Positions 9,838-18,636 of a stretch of 64,000 nt of DNA are shown here, in pieces. The translations under genes and the position numbers were made by a program. The notes below the pieces were generated by a model that worked only from the letters and a program-made list of their open reading frames with translations, made no database searches and was not told the DNA's origin. The stretch spans positions 1,216,001 to 1,280,000 of the forward strand of contig CBDAOB010000004.1 in the NCBI GenBank assembly GCA_965197905.1. Direction: 5' to 3'. The stretch is from Candidatus Latescibacterota bacterium. Lineage in GTDB: Bacteria > Latescibacterota > UBA2968 > UBA8231. Each line of letters opens with the position of its first letter. Position 1 is the first letter of the stretch.

Positions 9838-10521
9838 ATGGCCCAGTTCGATCGACTGACCGTACTCAACGCGATGGTCGACACCGGTCTCATCCCGGTG
9901 TTTTATCACCGAGATGCTCAGACCACCATCGCCATCGCCGAGGCGTGTGTCGCCGGCGGCGTTCGCGCGGTGGAGTTCACCAACCGCGGCGACCTCGCCC
10001 ACAAGGTGTTCGCAGCGACCGTTGAGCATTTCCTGGGGAGTGACTCCGAGGTGATGTTGGGGGTGGGTTCAGTAGTTGATGCGCCCACGGCCGCCCTCTA
10101 TATCGCCAACGGCGCCAACTTTGTCGTCGGCCCGTTGCTCAACCCGGATGTTGCCCGATTGTGCAACCGCCGCAAAGTGGCCTACTCGCCCGGCTGCGGC
10201 AGCATGAGCGAAATCGCACAGGCGGAAGAGCTGGGAGTGGAGATCGTCAAACTCTTTCCAGGAGCCGAAGTGGGTGGCCCGGCCTTTGTGAAGGCGGCGC
10301 AAGGTCCCTGTCCTTGGACCCGAATCATGCCCACCGGCGGCGTCGACGCCACCAGAGAAAGCATGGAAGCCTGGTTTAGTGCGGGCGTCTCCTGCGTCGG
10401 CGTTGGCTCGAAGCTTATCACGAAGGAGATCGTCGAAACCGGTGATTACAAGTCGCTGACCGAGAATGTCAGGCAGCTGATAGGATGGATCCGTGAGATT
10501 CGCGAGGGAATAGAGCAGTAA
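9838..10521 (+). CDS. eda: KDPG/KHG aldolase
   Basis: VEFTNR, GVGSV, VKLFPG, IMPTGGV. GAGGAG RBS upstream of ATG 9838. Confidence 0.9.
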   Translation: MAQFDRLTVLNAMVDTGLIPVFYHRDAQTTIAIAEACVAGGVRAVEFTNRGDLAHKVFAATVEHFLGSDSEVMLGVGSVVDAPTAALYIANGANFVVGPLLNPDVARLCNRRKVAYSPGCGSMSEIAQAEELGVEIVKLFPGAEVGGPAFVKAAQGPCPWTRIMPTGGVDATRESMEAWFSAGVSCVGVGSKLITKEIVETGDYKSLTENVRQLIGWIREIREGIEQ

Positions 10522-10537
10522 GGGTCGCAAAATGGAA

Positions 10538-10566
10538 AGCCCGCCACCGGAATACGGCAGCGGGCT
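10538..10566. terminator. Hairpin between convergent eda and ahcY, probable terminator
   Basis: AGCCCGC/GCGGGCT stem with inner CCG/CGG, followed by TTCCATTTT on the minus strand. Confidence 0.5.
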
Positions 10567-10595
10567 CTGCTTCCTGACCTCGATCGTAGGCGTCG

Positions 10596-11942
10596 CTAGT
10601 ACTTGTAATGTTCCGGCTTGAACGGCCCTTTCGTCGAAACCCCCAGGTAGCTCGCCTGGTCCTTGCCTAGTTTTTCGAGCTTGATCCCGAGTTTCTTCAG
10701 ATGTATCCGCGCCACCTGCTCGTCCAGCTGCTTCGGCAACCGGTGTACTCCGAGGTCGTATTTCTTGTTGAACAGCTCGGTCTGCGCCAAAACCTGATTG
10801 GCGAACGACATGGACATCACAAACGAGGGATGTCCGGTGGCGCAGCCAAGGTTCACCAGGCGGCCCTCGGCCAGGAGGATCAGGCATCGACCGTCGGAGA
10901 AGGTGTATTTGTCCACCTGCGGTTTGATTTCTGACTTTTTCACTCCCTTCACATTTCCCAGAGCCTCCACCTGAATCTCCACGTCGAAGTGGCCGATGTT
11001 ACAGACGATGGCACCGTCTTTCATTTTCTGCATGTGATCGACGGTGATGACATCCTTACAGCCGGTGGTGGTGACGAAGATATCGCCTTCGCGCACCGCC
11101 TGATTCATCGGCATGACCTCGATGCCTTCCATCGCCGCCTGCAACGCACAGATCGGATCCACCTCGGTCACAATCACGCGTGCTCCGAACCCCTTCATCG
11201 ATTGGACGCACCCCTTTCCCACATCTCCATAACCGGCCACCACCGCGACCTTGCCAGCGGTCATGATGTCGGTTGCCCGCTTGATACCGTCCAGCAGCGA
11301 TTCTCGACAGCCGTAGAGGTTGTCGAACTTCGATTTGGTGACGCTGTCATTGACGTTTATGGCGGGGATCTTCAAGGCGCCGTCATCAAGCATGCGATAC
11401 AGATTATGGACTCCGGTGGTGGTTTCCTCCGATACACCGCGAATCCCGGAAAGCAGATCGGGGCGTTTCTCGTGGACCCAAGCGGTTAGATCGCCGCCGT
11501 CGTCGAGGATCATGTTGGGTCCCTCACCTTTGGGCCACAGCAGCGTTTGGTCGGTGCACCACCAGTACTCTTTTTCCGACTCGCCCTTCCAGGCGAAAAC
11601 GGGCACTCCGGCTTTGGCGATCGCCGCCGCAGCGTGGTCCTGGGTAGAGAAGATGTTGCAGGAAGCCCAGCGCACCTTCGCCCCGAGGGCGATCAAGGTC
11701 TCGATCAGCACCGCTGTCTGGATGGTCATATGCAGTGACCCGGCGATCCGCGCGCCCTTGAGCGGCTGCTTCTTACCGTAGTCTCGACGCAGGGCCATGA
11801 GACCGGGCATCTCCTTTTCCGCCAGCAGGATCTCCTCGCGGCCCCAATGGGCTTGGGAAATATCCGCTACCTTGTAGTCGGCTTTACCATTTCTCCCTGC
11901 CCGGGTTTTATTAGAAACGGAAGGGGCTGTTTTTGTCGCCAT
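10596..11942 (-). CDS. ahcY: S-adenosyl-L-homocysteine hydrolase
   Basis: [55 protein letters not shown]. Confidence 0.98.
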   Translation of the reverse strand: MATKTAPSVSNKTRAGRNGKADYKVADISQAHWGREEILLAEKEMPGLMALRRDYGKKQPLKGARIAGSLHMTIQTAVLIETLIALGAKVRWASCNIFSTQDHAAAAIAKAGVPVFAWKGESEKEYWWCTDQTLLWPKGEGPNMILDDGGDLTAWVHEKRPDLLSGIRGVSEETTTGVHNLYRMLDDGALKIPAINVNDSVTKSKFDNLYGCRESLLDGIKRATDIMTAGKVAVVAGYGDVGKGCVQSMKGFGARVIVTEVDPICALQAAMEGIEVMPMNQAVREGDIFVTTTGCKDVITVDHMQKMKDGAIVCNIGHFDVEIQVEALGNVKGVKKSEIKPQVDKYTFSDGRCLILLAEGRLVNLGCATGHPSFVMSMSFANQVLAQTELFNKKYDLGVHRLPKQLDEQVARIHLKKLGIKLEKLGKDQASYLGVSTKGPFKPEHYKY

Positions 11943-12865
11943 CGTTTTTGTCCTTTGAAGGTTATGAGTTTGAGCGCAGCCGCCTCTCCGACGACCTCGC
12001 TTTCGGCAATGGTGAATCGCAGTCGCTTGAGCCAGCCTGAGACCTCCTCCGGATGGAACCCCAGCCAGAGATCTGCCAGCTGCTCCCGCAAGCTTTCATC
12101 GGTATGTTGGTGAAGATCGACAATGGTGATCCAGCCGCCTGGCTTGAGCACCCGGTGGGCCTCGGCGAGGGCGGCGGCAGGTCGAGACAAATGGTGCAGC
12201 ACCATGCACAGGACCACCGCGTCGACCTCCGCGTCCGCCACCGGCAGCTGTTCCAGATCTCCCAGGCGGAAATCGCACCGTTCCCGTTGCCCACCGAGGG
12301 TTTCGCGAGCCAGCTCGAGCATGGTTGGGGAAGCGTCCACGGCGATCACCTGCCGCGCTCGCTGAACCAGCGCGGGCAGTAAAAGGCCGGACCCGGCGCC
12401 CATGTCTAAAATCGCGTCGCTCCGTTCCGGCAGCAGGGAAAGCGCGACGCGACGGTAATATTGGCCGTTCAGGCTGCGATGTTCGAGATCGGTCGGCTCG
12501 CTGATGTTGTCGAAAAACTGTCGCGTCTGCTCTTTTCGGCGTTCGATAGCCCCCTCGAGACGCTGGAGGTCCGCTTCGAAGTCGGGCACCGTGCGTTCGT
12601 GGCGTTTGAGATGGACGAGGGTATCGCCGACGAGGCCGGCCGTGTCCTGGTCGTTCCATTGATAATAGATCCAGGTCCCTTCTCTCCGGTTATTGATGAG
12701 CTCAGCGTCAGCGAGAATCTTCAGATGCCTGGAAACCCTGCTTTGCCCCATCTGGAGAATATCCTGGAGTTCGTTTACGTTGAGCGCGGCGCGTGACAAT
12801 AACCGCATGAGGCGCAGCCGGGAATTATCGGCGAGCGCTTTATAAAGCCGAAGAGAATCGGTCAT
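11867..12865 (-). CDS. sahR: ArsR-HTH / SAM-methyltransferase-domain regulator (SahR type)
   Basis: N-terminal ArsR HTH (KALAD...[14 protein letters not shown]...REGTWIYY) plus LDMGAGSG and MVLHH methyltransferase motifs; directly upstream of ahcY. Confidence 0.85.
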   Translation of the reverse strand: MTDSLRLYKALADNSRLRLMRLLSRAALNVNELQDILQMGQSRVSRHLKILADAELINNRREGTWIYYQWNDQDTAGLVGDTLVHLKRHERTVPDFEADLQRLEGAIERRKEQTRQFFDNISEPTDLEHRSLNGQYYRRVALSLLPERSDAILDMGAGSGLLLPALVQRARQVIAVDASPTMLELARETLGGQRERCDFRLGDLEQLPVADAEVDAVVLCMVLHHLSRPAAALAEAHRVLKPGGWITIVDLHQHTDESLREQLADLWLGFHPEEVSGWLKRLRFTIAESEVVGEAAALKLITFKGQKRWRQKQPLPFLIKPGQGEMVKPTTR

Positions 12866-12888
12866 AGGTCGATAAAATAAATAATGAA

Positions 12889-12921
12889 TTGACAAATGTC
12901 AATATCAAGATATATTGATAT
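12889..12921. promoter_or_regulatory. Divergent promoter with SahR-type operator
   Basis: Palindrome ATATCAA-GATATA-TTGATAT at 12902-12921; back-to-back TTGACA hexamers TTGACAAATGTCAA at 12889-12902. Confidence 0.75.
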
Positions 12922-13034
12922 ATCGTCCGTTTTGGGAAGTTCGCCCCGAGGAATCTGCCCATGTTCGCCGTCTCGACTCGCCGTCGCAGAAGGGAACCCA
13001 GGATTGGGAGCTTGCACGCCTACAGGAGGGGATC

Positions 13035-14033
13035 GTGAAACCGTTGTCGGAACGAATGGAGGATTCTCAGCCGCTGGTATATGACGGGGGATTTGGGGCC
13101 GGGCTTTTCGATCGGGGGGTTGAATTGACCAACAGCTCGTTGGCAAATCAACTACATCCAAAAACCGTGGTTGACATCCATCGCGACTACATCGAGGCCG
13201 GGGCCGAGGCCATAGGCACAAATACCTTCGTCGCCTCGGCATTACATCTCGAGATGGCGGGGAAGAACGAAAATGACGTGGAGCCCATCGTGTGCACGGC
13301 CATCGAGCACGCGCGGCTGGCCGTCGAGCAGAGCAAGAAGCAGGTCTACGTCGCCGGCTCCATCGGACCCTCCCCAGGAGCCATCGAAACAGACGCTGGG
13401 GACACCGTATTCGGCATTGCCAATGACAAAGCCCGTGCGGCGCACGAGAAGGTGGCAGCGGTCATGGCGGACAGCGGCGTCGATTTTTTTTGCGTTGAAA
13501 CCCAGTTCTCGGCCAACGAAGCCGCCCTCATTGTCGACGTTTTGCGGCAGTTCGAGCTGCCCATTGCGGTCAATCTGACCTATAAACACACCAAGAATCG
13601 TAAGACGGGAGAGATTGTCTACAAGACGGATTGGGGTCACGGGCCCGCCGATCTGGTCGAGATTCTAGGCCAGGGCGAGTGTGCCGGGGGGGTCGATCTG
13701 CTGGAATACGTCGACATACTGGGGACCAACTGCGGGGCCGAATCGACCCTGGTCGAGCACACCGGAATGCCGTACGCAGTCCTGGCAACGGTTCAGTTGC
13801 GGGAAGCGCTGGAGGGCCGCAGCATCGCCGGCAAGAGAATCATGGCGTACCCGAATGCCGGGGTGGCTCGCCTGGACAAGGTGACGCGGCGCACCTATTA
13901 CGCGCAAAGCCCCGAAGAGATGGCGAGGCACATTCCGGCGCTAGTGGATGAAGGCGCGTTTGTTGTGGGGGGATGTTGCGGCACCGGTCCGGAGCATATC
14001 AGCGCGTTCTGCGGTGCTTTGACCACCTCCTAG
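13035..14033 (+). CDS. Homocysteine S-methyltransferase family protein (stand-alone MetH Hcy-binding-like domain)
   Basis: YDGGFG, IHRDYIEAGA, AGSIGP, GTNCG, YPNAG, GGCCGTGPEHI. AGGAGG RBS before GTG 13035. Confidence 0.88.
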   Translation: MKPLSERMEDSQPLVYDGGFGAGLFDRGVELTNSSLANQLHPKTVVDIHRDYIEAGAEAIGTNTFVASALHLEMAGKNENDVEPIVCTAIEHARLAVEQSKKQVYVAGSIGPSPGAIETDAGDTVFGIANDKARAAHEKVAAVMADSGVDFFCVETQFSANEAALIVDVLRQFELPIAVNLTYKHTKNRKTGEIVYKTDWGHGPADLVEILGQGECAGGVDLLEYVDILGTNCGAESTLVEHTGMPYAVLATVQLREALEGRSIAGKRIMAYPNAGVARLDKVTRRTYYAQSPEEMARHIPALVDEGAFVVGGCCGTGPEHISAFCGALTTS

Positions 14034-14053
14034 GGTGGGATCTGGCGTCCCCG

Positions 14054-15214
14054 TCAACCGTTTTCCGTTATGCGTGCCAATGTCTGCCGCAGCTGCTGCA
14101 AGGTGATCGGCTTGCCCATGATCACATCGATCGCTGCTTGGGGTCCGTCGTCGGCGGTCATGGCGTCTTTGAATCCGGTCAGTAAGACCACCGGTTTTTC
14201 CGGGACGATCCTCTTGATCGACAGGGCCAGCTGCGTGCCGCTCATTTGCGGCATCGCCTGATCCAGCATCACGACGTCGAAGTGACCCGAAAGAAACTTT
14301 TGCAACCCCTCGCGTCCGTCGTTGGCGAGCTCGACCCGGTGTCCGTCAGCGACCAGAAATCCGTGTATTAGGTTGCAGAATTTGGGTTCGTCGTCCACCA
14401 CCAGCAGGCTCAGAGGTTTAATCGGTACCGCGGTATCGCTGACTTCCTCGACAGTGGCGTCATCGCTGGGTTTCGCCGCCGGCACCGTGACCGTGACCGT
14501 GGTGCCGGCGCCGATCTCCGAGGCGATGTCAATGCTGCCTTCGTGCCGGCGTACAATGCCGTAAACGAGTCCCAGTCCCAGTCCCGTGCCCTGATCACCC
14601 TTGGTGGTGTAGAATGGTTCCATACACCGCCGTCGGGTTTCTTCGCCCATCCCGACTCCAGTGTCTGCAACGGCGAGCTTCACCGTGTCATTCGCCGCAA
14701 AGGTAGACACCGTGATGGTGCCGCTATTCTCCATGGCGTCTACAGCATTGAAAATCAGGTTGGTCAGCACCTCGCGGAGCTCGACTTGGTTCCCTTCTAC
14801 GACGGATTCGTCCGTCAGTTCCGTTTTCAACTCAATGGTCAGTCCGTTGGCCCGCGCCTGTTCCGCCCATCTGGGACGGGTTAGGGACACTACCTGATTT
14901 ACCACGTCGCTCAGTGCTACCGCACTGAACTCTTCACCACTGTCGCGGAAACGGTAGAAGGAGCGCAGCCGGCGCACGATCTCGGCGGCGTCCTGGGCGG
15001 CGGTCTTCATTAGCTCGAGGTATTCAGTGGTCAGGGTCCGGTTGTCGAGCGTGCCTGCATCCATAAGGAGCAGGTCGCTGTAACCCAGGACCATGGACAG
15101 CTGATTGTTGAAATCGTGGGCTATGCCGCTGGCCATTTGGCCGAGCGCACTCAAGCGTTCCGTGCGAATGAGTTCGGAGTCGGAACCAGCCGTGCCCCTT
15201 GAGCTGCCGGGCAT
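14054..15214 (-). CDS. Hybrid histidine kinase/receiver lacking an input domain
   Basis: GIAHDFNN H-box, NLIFNAVDAM, DTGVGM, GTGLGL; receiver VVDDE...LDQAMP...KP. Confidence 0.85.
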   Translation of the reverse strand: MPGSSRGTAGSDSELIRTERLSALGQMASGIAHDFNNQLSMVLGYSDLLLMDAGTLDNRTLTTEYLELMKTAAQDAAEIVRRLRSFYRFRDSGEEFSAVALSDVVNQVVSLTRPRWAEQARANGLTIELKTELTDESVVEGNQVELREVLTNLIFNAVDAMENSGTITVSTFAANDTVKLAVADTGVGMGEETRRRCMEPFYTTKGDQGTGLGLGLVYGIVRRHEGSIDIASEIGAGTTVTVTVPAAKPSDDATVEEVSDTAVPIKPLSLLVVDDEPKFCNLIHGFLVADGHRVELANDGREGLQKFLSGHFDVVMLDQAMPQMSGTQLALSIKRIVPEKPVVLLTGFKDAMTADDGPQAAIDVIMGKPITLQQLRQTLARITENG

Positions 15215-15236
15215 CAAGTACCTCGATTCGGTTGAA

Positions 15237-16625
15237 TCAGGATTCCTTCAACGCCGCCACCAAATCCATGATTGCCTCCTTGCCACTGCCGAAGAACATC
15301 AAGGTGTTGTCGGCTGCAAAGAGTGGATTCGGTACGCCGGCAAATCCGGGACTCAAGCTGCGTTTTATCACCACAACGGTGCGCGCTTTGTCTACGTCGA
15401 GAATGGGCATGCCGGCGATCGGACCACCATCGTTTTCCCGCGCCACCGGGTTCACCACGTCGTTGGCGCCGATCACCAGCGCCAGGTCGGTTTGTGTGAA
15501 GGTGGAGTTGACCTCCCGCATCTCTTTCAGCTTCTCGTAGGGCACCTCAGCTTCAGCAAGGAGAACGTTCATATGTCCAGGCATGCGGCCGGCGACGGGA
15601 TGGATGGCGAAGTCCACTTCGGTGCCGCGGCTCTCCAGCAGATTGGCGAGGTCGCGGACGGCGTGCTGCGCCTGGGCAACCGCCATGCCGTATCCGGGGA
15701 CGACCACCACGCGGCGTGCCGTTTCGAACAACATGGCGACCTCCTCAGCAGAGGTCGATTTCACCTTGCCGGCGTAGATATCCCCTCCCGGCTCTCCACT
15801 CCCAACAGCACCCACGGCGGCAAAGAACACATTGCCGATGGAACGGTTCATCGCCCAGCACATGATTTGGGTCAGAATCAAACCCGACGCCCCGACCAGC
15901 GAACCAGCGATGATCAACACGTTGTTGTCGAGCACGAAACCGGTTGATGCAGCTGCCAGACCCGAACAAGAATTCAACAGGGCGATGACCACCGGCATGT
16001 CGGCTCCGCCAATGGGTGTTACAAGCAGAATTCCCAGGGCCGACGCGACGGCTGCCATGATCCAGAACCAGTCACTGTTTGCAGGTTCCAGGACCAGGAG
16101 CACCGCCGTTGCGATGCTGGCCACGGCGAGCAGTAGGTTCAAGACGTGGCGCCCGGGGAACACGTGAGGGTTTCCCGATATCAACTCCTGGAGCTTGGTA
16201 AAAGCGACCAAGCTACCCCAAAAGGTGATGGCGCCTATGATGCCCGACGCAGCGGTGGCTATAGAAACCTGGGTGGTGATCGTGGTGGCCGTAGAGTTAC
16301 TCTCCACCAAAGCGGCACCCGCAACCAGAACCGAAGCCACACCACCAAATCCGTTGAACAGTGCCACCAGTTGCGGCATCGCCGTCATTTGAATCTTGAG
16401 AGCGAACAGGGCACCGATAGCACCGCCGACGACCAGCCCAACAAGGATCAGCTCGAACTCGAGGATCCTCGAATCGACAACCGTGGCAACAACCGCCAGA
16501 AGCATTGCCAAGGCGCCGAGCAGATTCCCGCGCACCGCGGTCCGTGGATGGGTGAGTCCCTTGAGACCGAAGATGAAGAGTGCGGACGCCACCAGATACG
16601 CGGCGTTGATAAGTGTCGAGCTCAT
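15237..16625 (-). CDS. pntB: NAD(P) transhydrogenase beta subunit
   Basis: PGYGMAVAQAQ, HPVAGRMPGHMNVLLAEA, GANDVVNP. Confidence 0.97.
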   Translation of the reverse strand: MSSTLINAAYLVASALFIFGLKGLTHPRTAVRGNLLGALAMLLAVVATVVDSRILEFELILVGLVVGGAIGALFALKIQMTAMPQLVALFNGFGGVASVLVAGAALVESNSTATTITTQVSIATAASGIIGAITFWGSLVAFTKLQELISGNPHVFPGRHVLNLLLAVASIATAVLLVLEPANSDWFWIMAAVASALGILLVTPIGGADMPVVIALLNSCSGLAAASTGFVLDNNVLIIAGSLVGASGLILTQIMCWAMNRSIGNVFFAAVGAVGSGEPGGDIYAGKVKSTSAEEVAMLFETARRVVVVPGYGMAVAQAQHAVRDLANLLESRGTEVDFAIHPVAGRMPGHMNVLLAEAEVPYEKLKEMREVNSTFTQTDLALVIGANDVVNPVARENDGGPIAGMPILDVDKARTVVVIKRSLSPGFAGVPNPLFAADNTLMFFGSGKEAIMDLVAALKES

Positions 16626-16630
16626 GCCGT

Positions 16631-16915
16631 TTAGTTTCGCCTCTTGAACATGCCCAGCATTCGATGGGTGACCAGAAACCCGCCAACCACGTTCACGGTC
16701 GCGAATATGACAGCGGCGAGACCGAGCCAGGTGGTGAGCTCGGGCCGGTCGACCCCGGCGGCCAGGAGCGCACCTATCAGTGTGATACCGGAGATGGCAT
16801 TGGAGCCGGACATGAGGGGCGTGTGCAGGGTGGGCGGAATCTTGGTTATCACCTCGAAGCCCACGAATACGGCGAGGATGAAAATCGTCAATGTCGTCAC
16901 GAAGGTTTCCATCAT
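16631..16915 (-). CDS. pntAB: NAD(P) transhydrogenase alpha subunit part 2
   Basis: LHTPLMSGSNAISG, NVVGGFLVTHRMLGMF. Confidence 0.95.
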   Translation of the reverse strand: MMETFVTTLTIFILAVFVGFEVITKIPPTLHTPLMSGSNAISGITLIGALLAAGVDRPELTTWLGLAAVIFATVNVVGGFLVTHRMLGMFKRRN

Positions 16916-16925
16916 TCCTCCTCTG

Positions 16926-18065
16926 CTAACTGTGTATCAGTGGATGGACGATCTTGCCACCGCGCGCAACAAGAGTTCCTGATGTTATCTCATCCTCCTC
17001 ATCGAGGGTCAGCTCTCCCTCCCTCAATAGATGCTGCACGAACGTGGATAGATTGTGGGCAAACATCTGGCTCGCGTGCTTGGGAATGGTAGAAGGCAGA
17101 TTGGTGGGACCCAGGACGATGACACCGTCGTGTTGAATCCGTTCATCAGGTCGGGTCGATTCGCAATTCCCCCCGCGCTCGGCTGCCAGGTCAACGACGA
17201 CCGATCCGGGAGCCATGCGGCTCACGGTTTCGGCCGTGATTAACAGCGGCGCCGGCGTGCCCGGAACAGCGGCGGTGGTAATCACCACATCGCTCTCTGC
17301 CACTACCTCACCCAGGGCTGCCCGTTGGCGCTGGTAAAACCCCTCGTCTTGCGCCACGGCGTATCCCCCGGCGTCCTCGCTGTCGGCGGCGTCGAGGCCG
17401 AGGTCCACGAAGCGAGCACCGAGACTCTCCACCTGTTCCCTCACTGCGGGCCGTAGATCGTAGGCTTGGACAACCGCGCCGAGACGGCGAGAGGTGGCGA
17501 TCGCCTGAAGTCCGGCAACACCCGCCCCCACCACTAGGACCTTGGCGGGGGTCAGCGTGCCCGCGGCCGTCATCATCAACGGGAAGATGCGCGGCAATTC
17601 CGTGGCAGCCATAAGCACCGCCTTGTACCCGGCCAGAGTTGCCATGGCCGATAGCACATCCATGCTCTGTGCCCGGGTGATGCGCGGCATGAGTTCCAAT
17701 GCCAGAAGGGTGACTCCGGTTTCCGCGAGCTCCCGAATCTCCCTCACGGCGGAGAGCGGTTCGCACATGCCGATCACCACCTGTTCGGCGCGCATGTGTT
17801 GCAGATCCTGGCGTCCGGCATCCGGATTGGCGCCGTAGGTCCGCACCTGCAGAATCATATCAGCTTGCGCGAAGAGTTCCGTTCGGGAAGCGGCCAGCGA
17901 CGCACCCTTTTGCTGGTACGCTTCGTTTGGAAACCCGGCCCGCAGACCGGCATCTGCCTCCACCATAGCATCTATCCCGGCCTCGGATAGGGAAGGCAGT
18001 GAGTCGGGTATGAGAGCTACTCGGAGTTCTCCGGAATAGGTCTCGGCGGGAATACCTGCGATCAT
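16926..18065 (-). CDS. pntAA: NAD(P) transhydrogenase alpha subunit part 1
   Basis: PRITRAQSMDVLS, MMTAAGT, GAGVAGLQA, DLAAERGGNCE. Confidence 0.95.
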   Translation of the reverse strand: MIAGIPAETYSGELRVALIPDSLPSLSEAGIDAMVEADAGLRAGFPNEAYQQKGASLAASRTELFAQADMILQVRTYGANPDAGRQDLQHMRAEQVVIGMCEPLSAVREIRELAETGVTLLALELMPRITRAQSMDVLSAMATLAGYKAVLMAATELPRIFPLMMTAAGTLTPAKVLVVGAGVAGLQAIATSRRLGAVVQAYDLRPAVREQVESLGARFVDLGLDAADSEDAGGYAVAQDEGFYQRQRAALGEVVAESDVVITTAAVPGTPAPLLITAETVSRMAPGSVVVDLAAERGGNCESTRPDERIQHDGVIVLGPTNLPSTIPKHASQMFAHNLSTFVQHLLREGELTLDEEDEITSGTLVARGGKIVHPLIHS

Positions 18066-18180
18066 CTAATTTTGGTCTTGTAGGAGTACGGTTAGGCGGA
18101 AACAACCAAGCTGGATAAGATAGGTAATGGTTTGCGAGTGACCACCCCGTAACGTGGCAGAGGTGAAACTGCCGGTGCAC

Positions 18181-18207
18181 AAAAAAACCGCCACATCGCT
18201 GAGCGGT
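18181..18207 (-). terminator. Second (weaker) intrinsic terminator
   Basis: ACCGC/GCGGT stem followed by a U-tract on the minus strand. Confidence 0.5.
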
Positions 18208-18231
18208 CGAAAGGAATAAACATTGAGGCAC

Positions 18232-18276
18232 AAAAAAACGGCTGTGACGGGAACGCTCTAGAATCCGTCACAGCCG
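18232..18276 (-). terminator. Intrinsic terminator
   Basis: Perfect 12-bp stem CGGCTGTGACGG/CCGTCACAGCCG followed by T7 on the minus strand. Confidence 0.85.
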
Positions 18277-18520
18277 CAGGCAGTTGTCCGGCGGCATTGT
18301 TCCCTCCTCTTTGGGGTGCCTGTAACGGTCTATCAACCCACGTCCGCGGCCCTGTGTTACTCGGTAACAACCATTGCCTGCGCCATTCACCTCGTGCGGG
18401 ATGTGCATCCCAGGTCAGGTGAACTGCCTGACATCTACTTACGGGTCCAATGTCACGCAGGCTACGGTTGAACGGACCCTTTCGGACGGCGACCGTTCGC
18501 GTGATAGCTTTGCGGCTACA
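18232..18520 (-). ncRNA. Candidate structured non-coding RNA or cis-regulatory leader (family not identified)
   Basis: Promoter upstream, terminator downstream, no substantial ORF, and about ten perfect 6-9 bp complementary pairs, two of them crossing (see findings). Confidence 0.7.
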
Positions 18521-18525
18521 TGTTT

Positions 18526-18554
18526 ATTCTAGCGGGTTGACCGGCAAGAGTCAA
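18526..18554 (-). promoter_or_regulatory. Sigma70-type promoter
   Basis: TTGACT (18554-18549), 17-nt spacer, TAGAAT (18531-18526). Confidence 0.75.
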
Positions 18555-18636
18555 GAAAATAATCATCGATTTTCGGAAAACGAGTGAGCCGCTTCGCCCT
18601 TGATCGTCGGGATTGTGCACAGCGGTGCTGATCTAC

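Noticed and set aside
11867..11942. 76-nt sahR/ahcY overlap as a special mechanism
   Set aside because: Adequately explained by a C-terminal extension of sahR within an operon; no slippery site or structure seen.
18232..18520. Identification as 6S RNA, SRP RNA, tmRNA or RNase P RNA
   Set aside because: Not a single rod (6S); no GGAAGGAAGCAGC-type SRP loop; no tRNA-like ends or Ala-Ala tag; no GAGGAAAGUCC P4 motif. Judged by eye only, so a cmscan is still needed.
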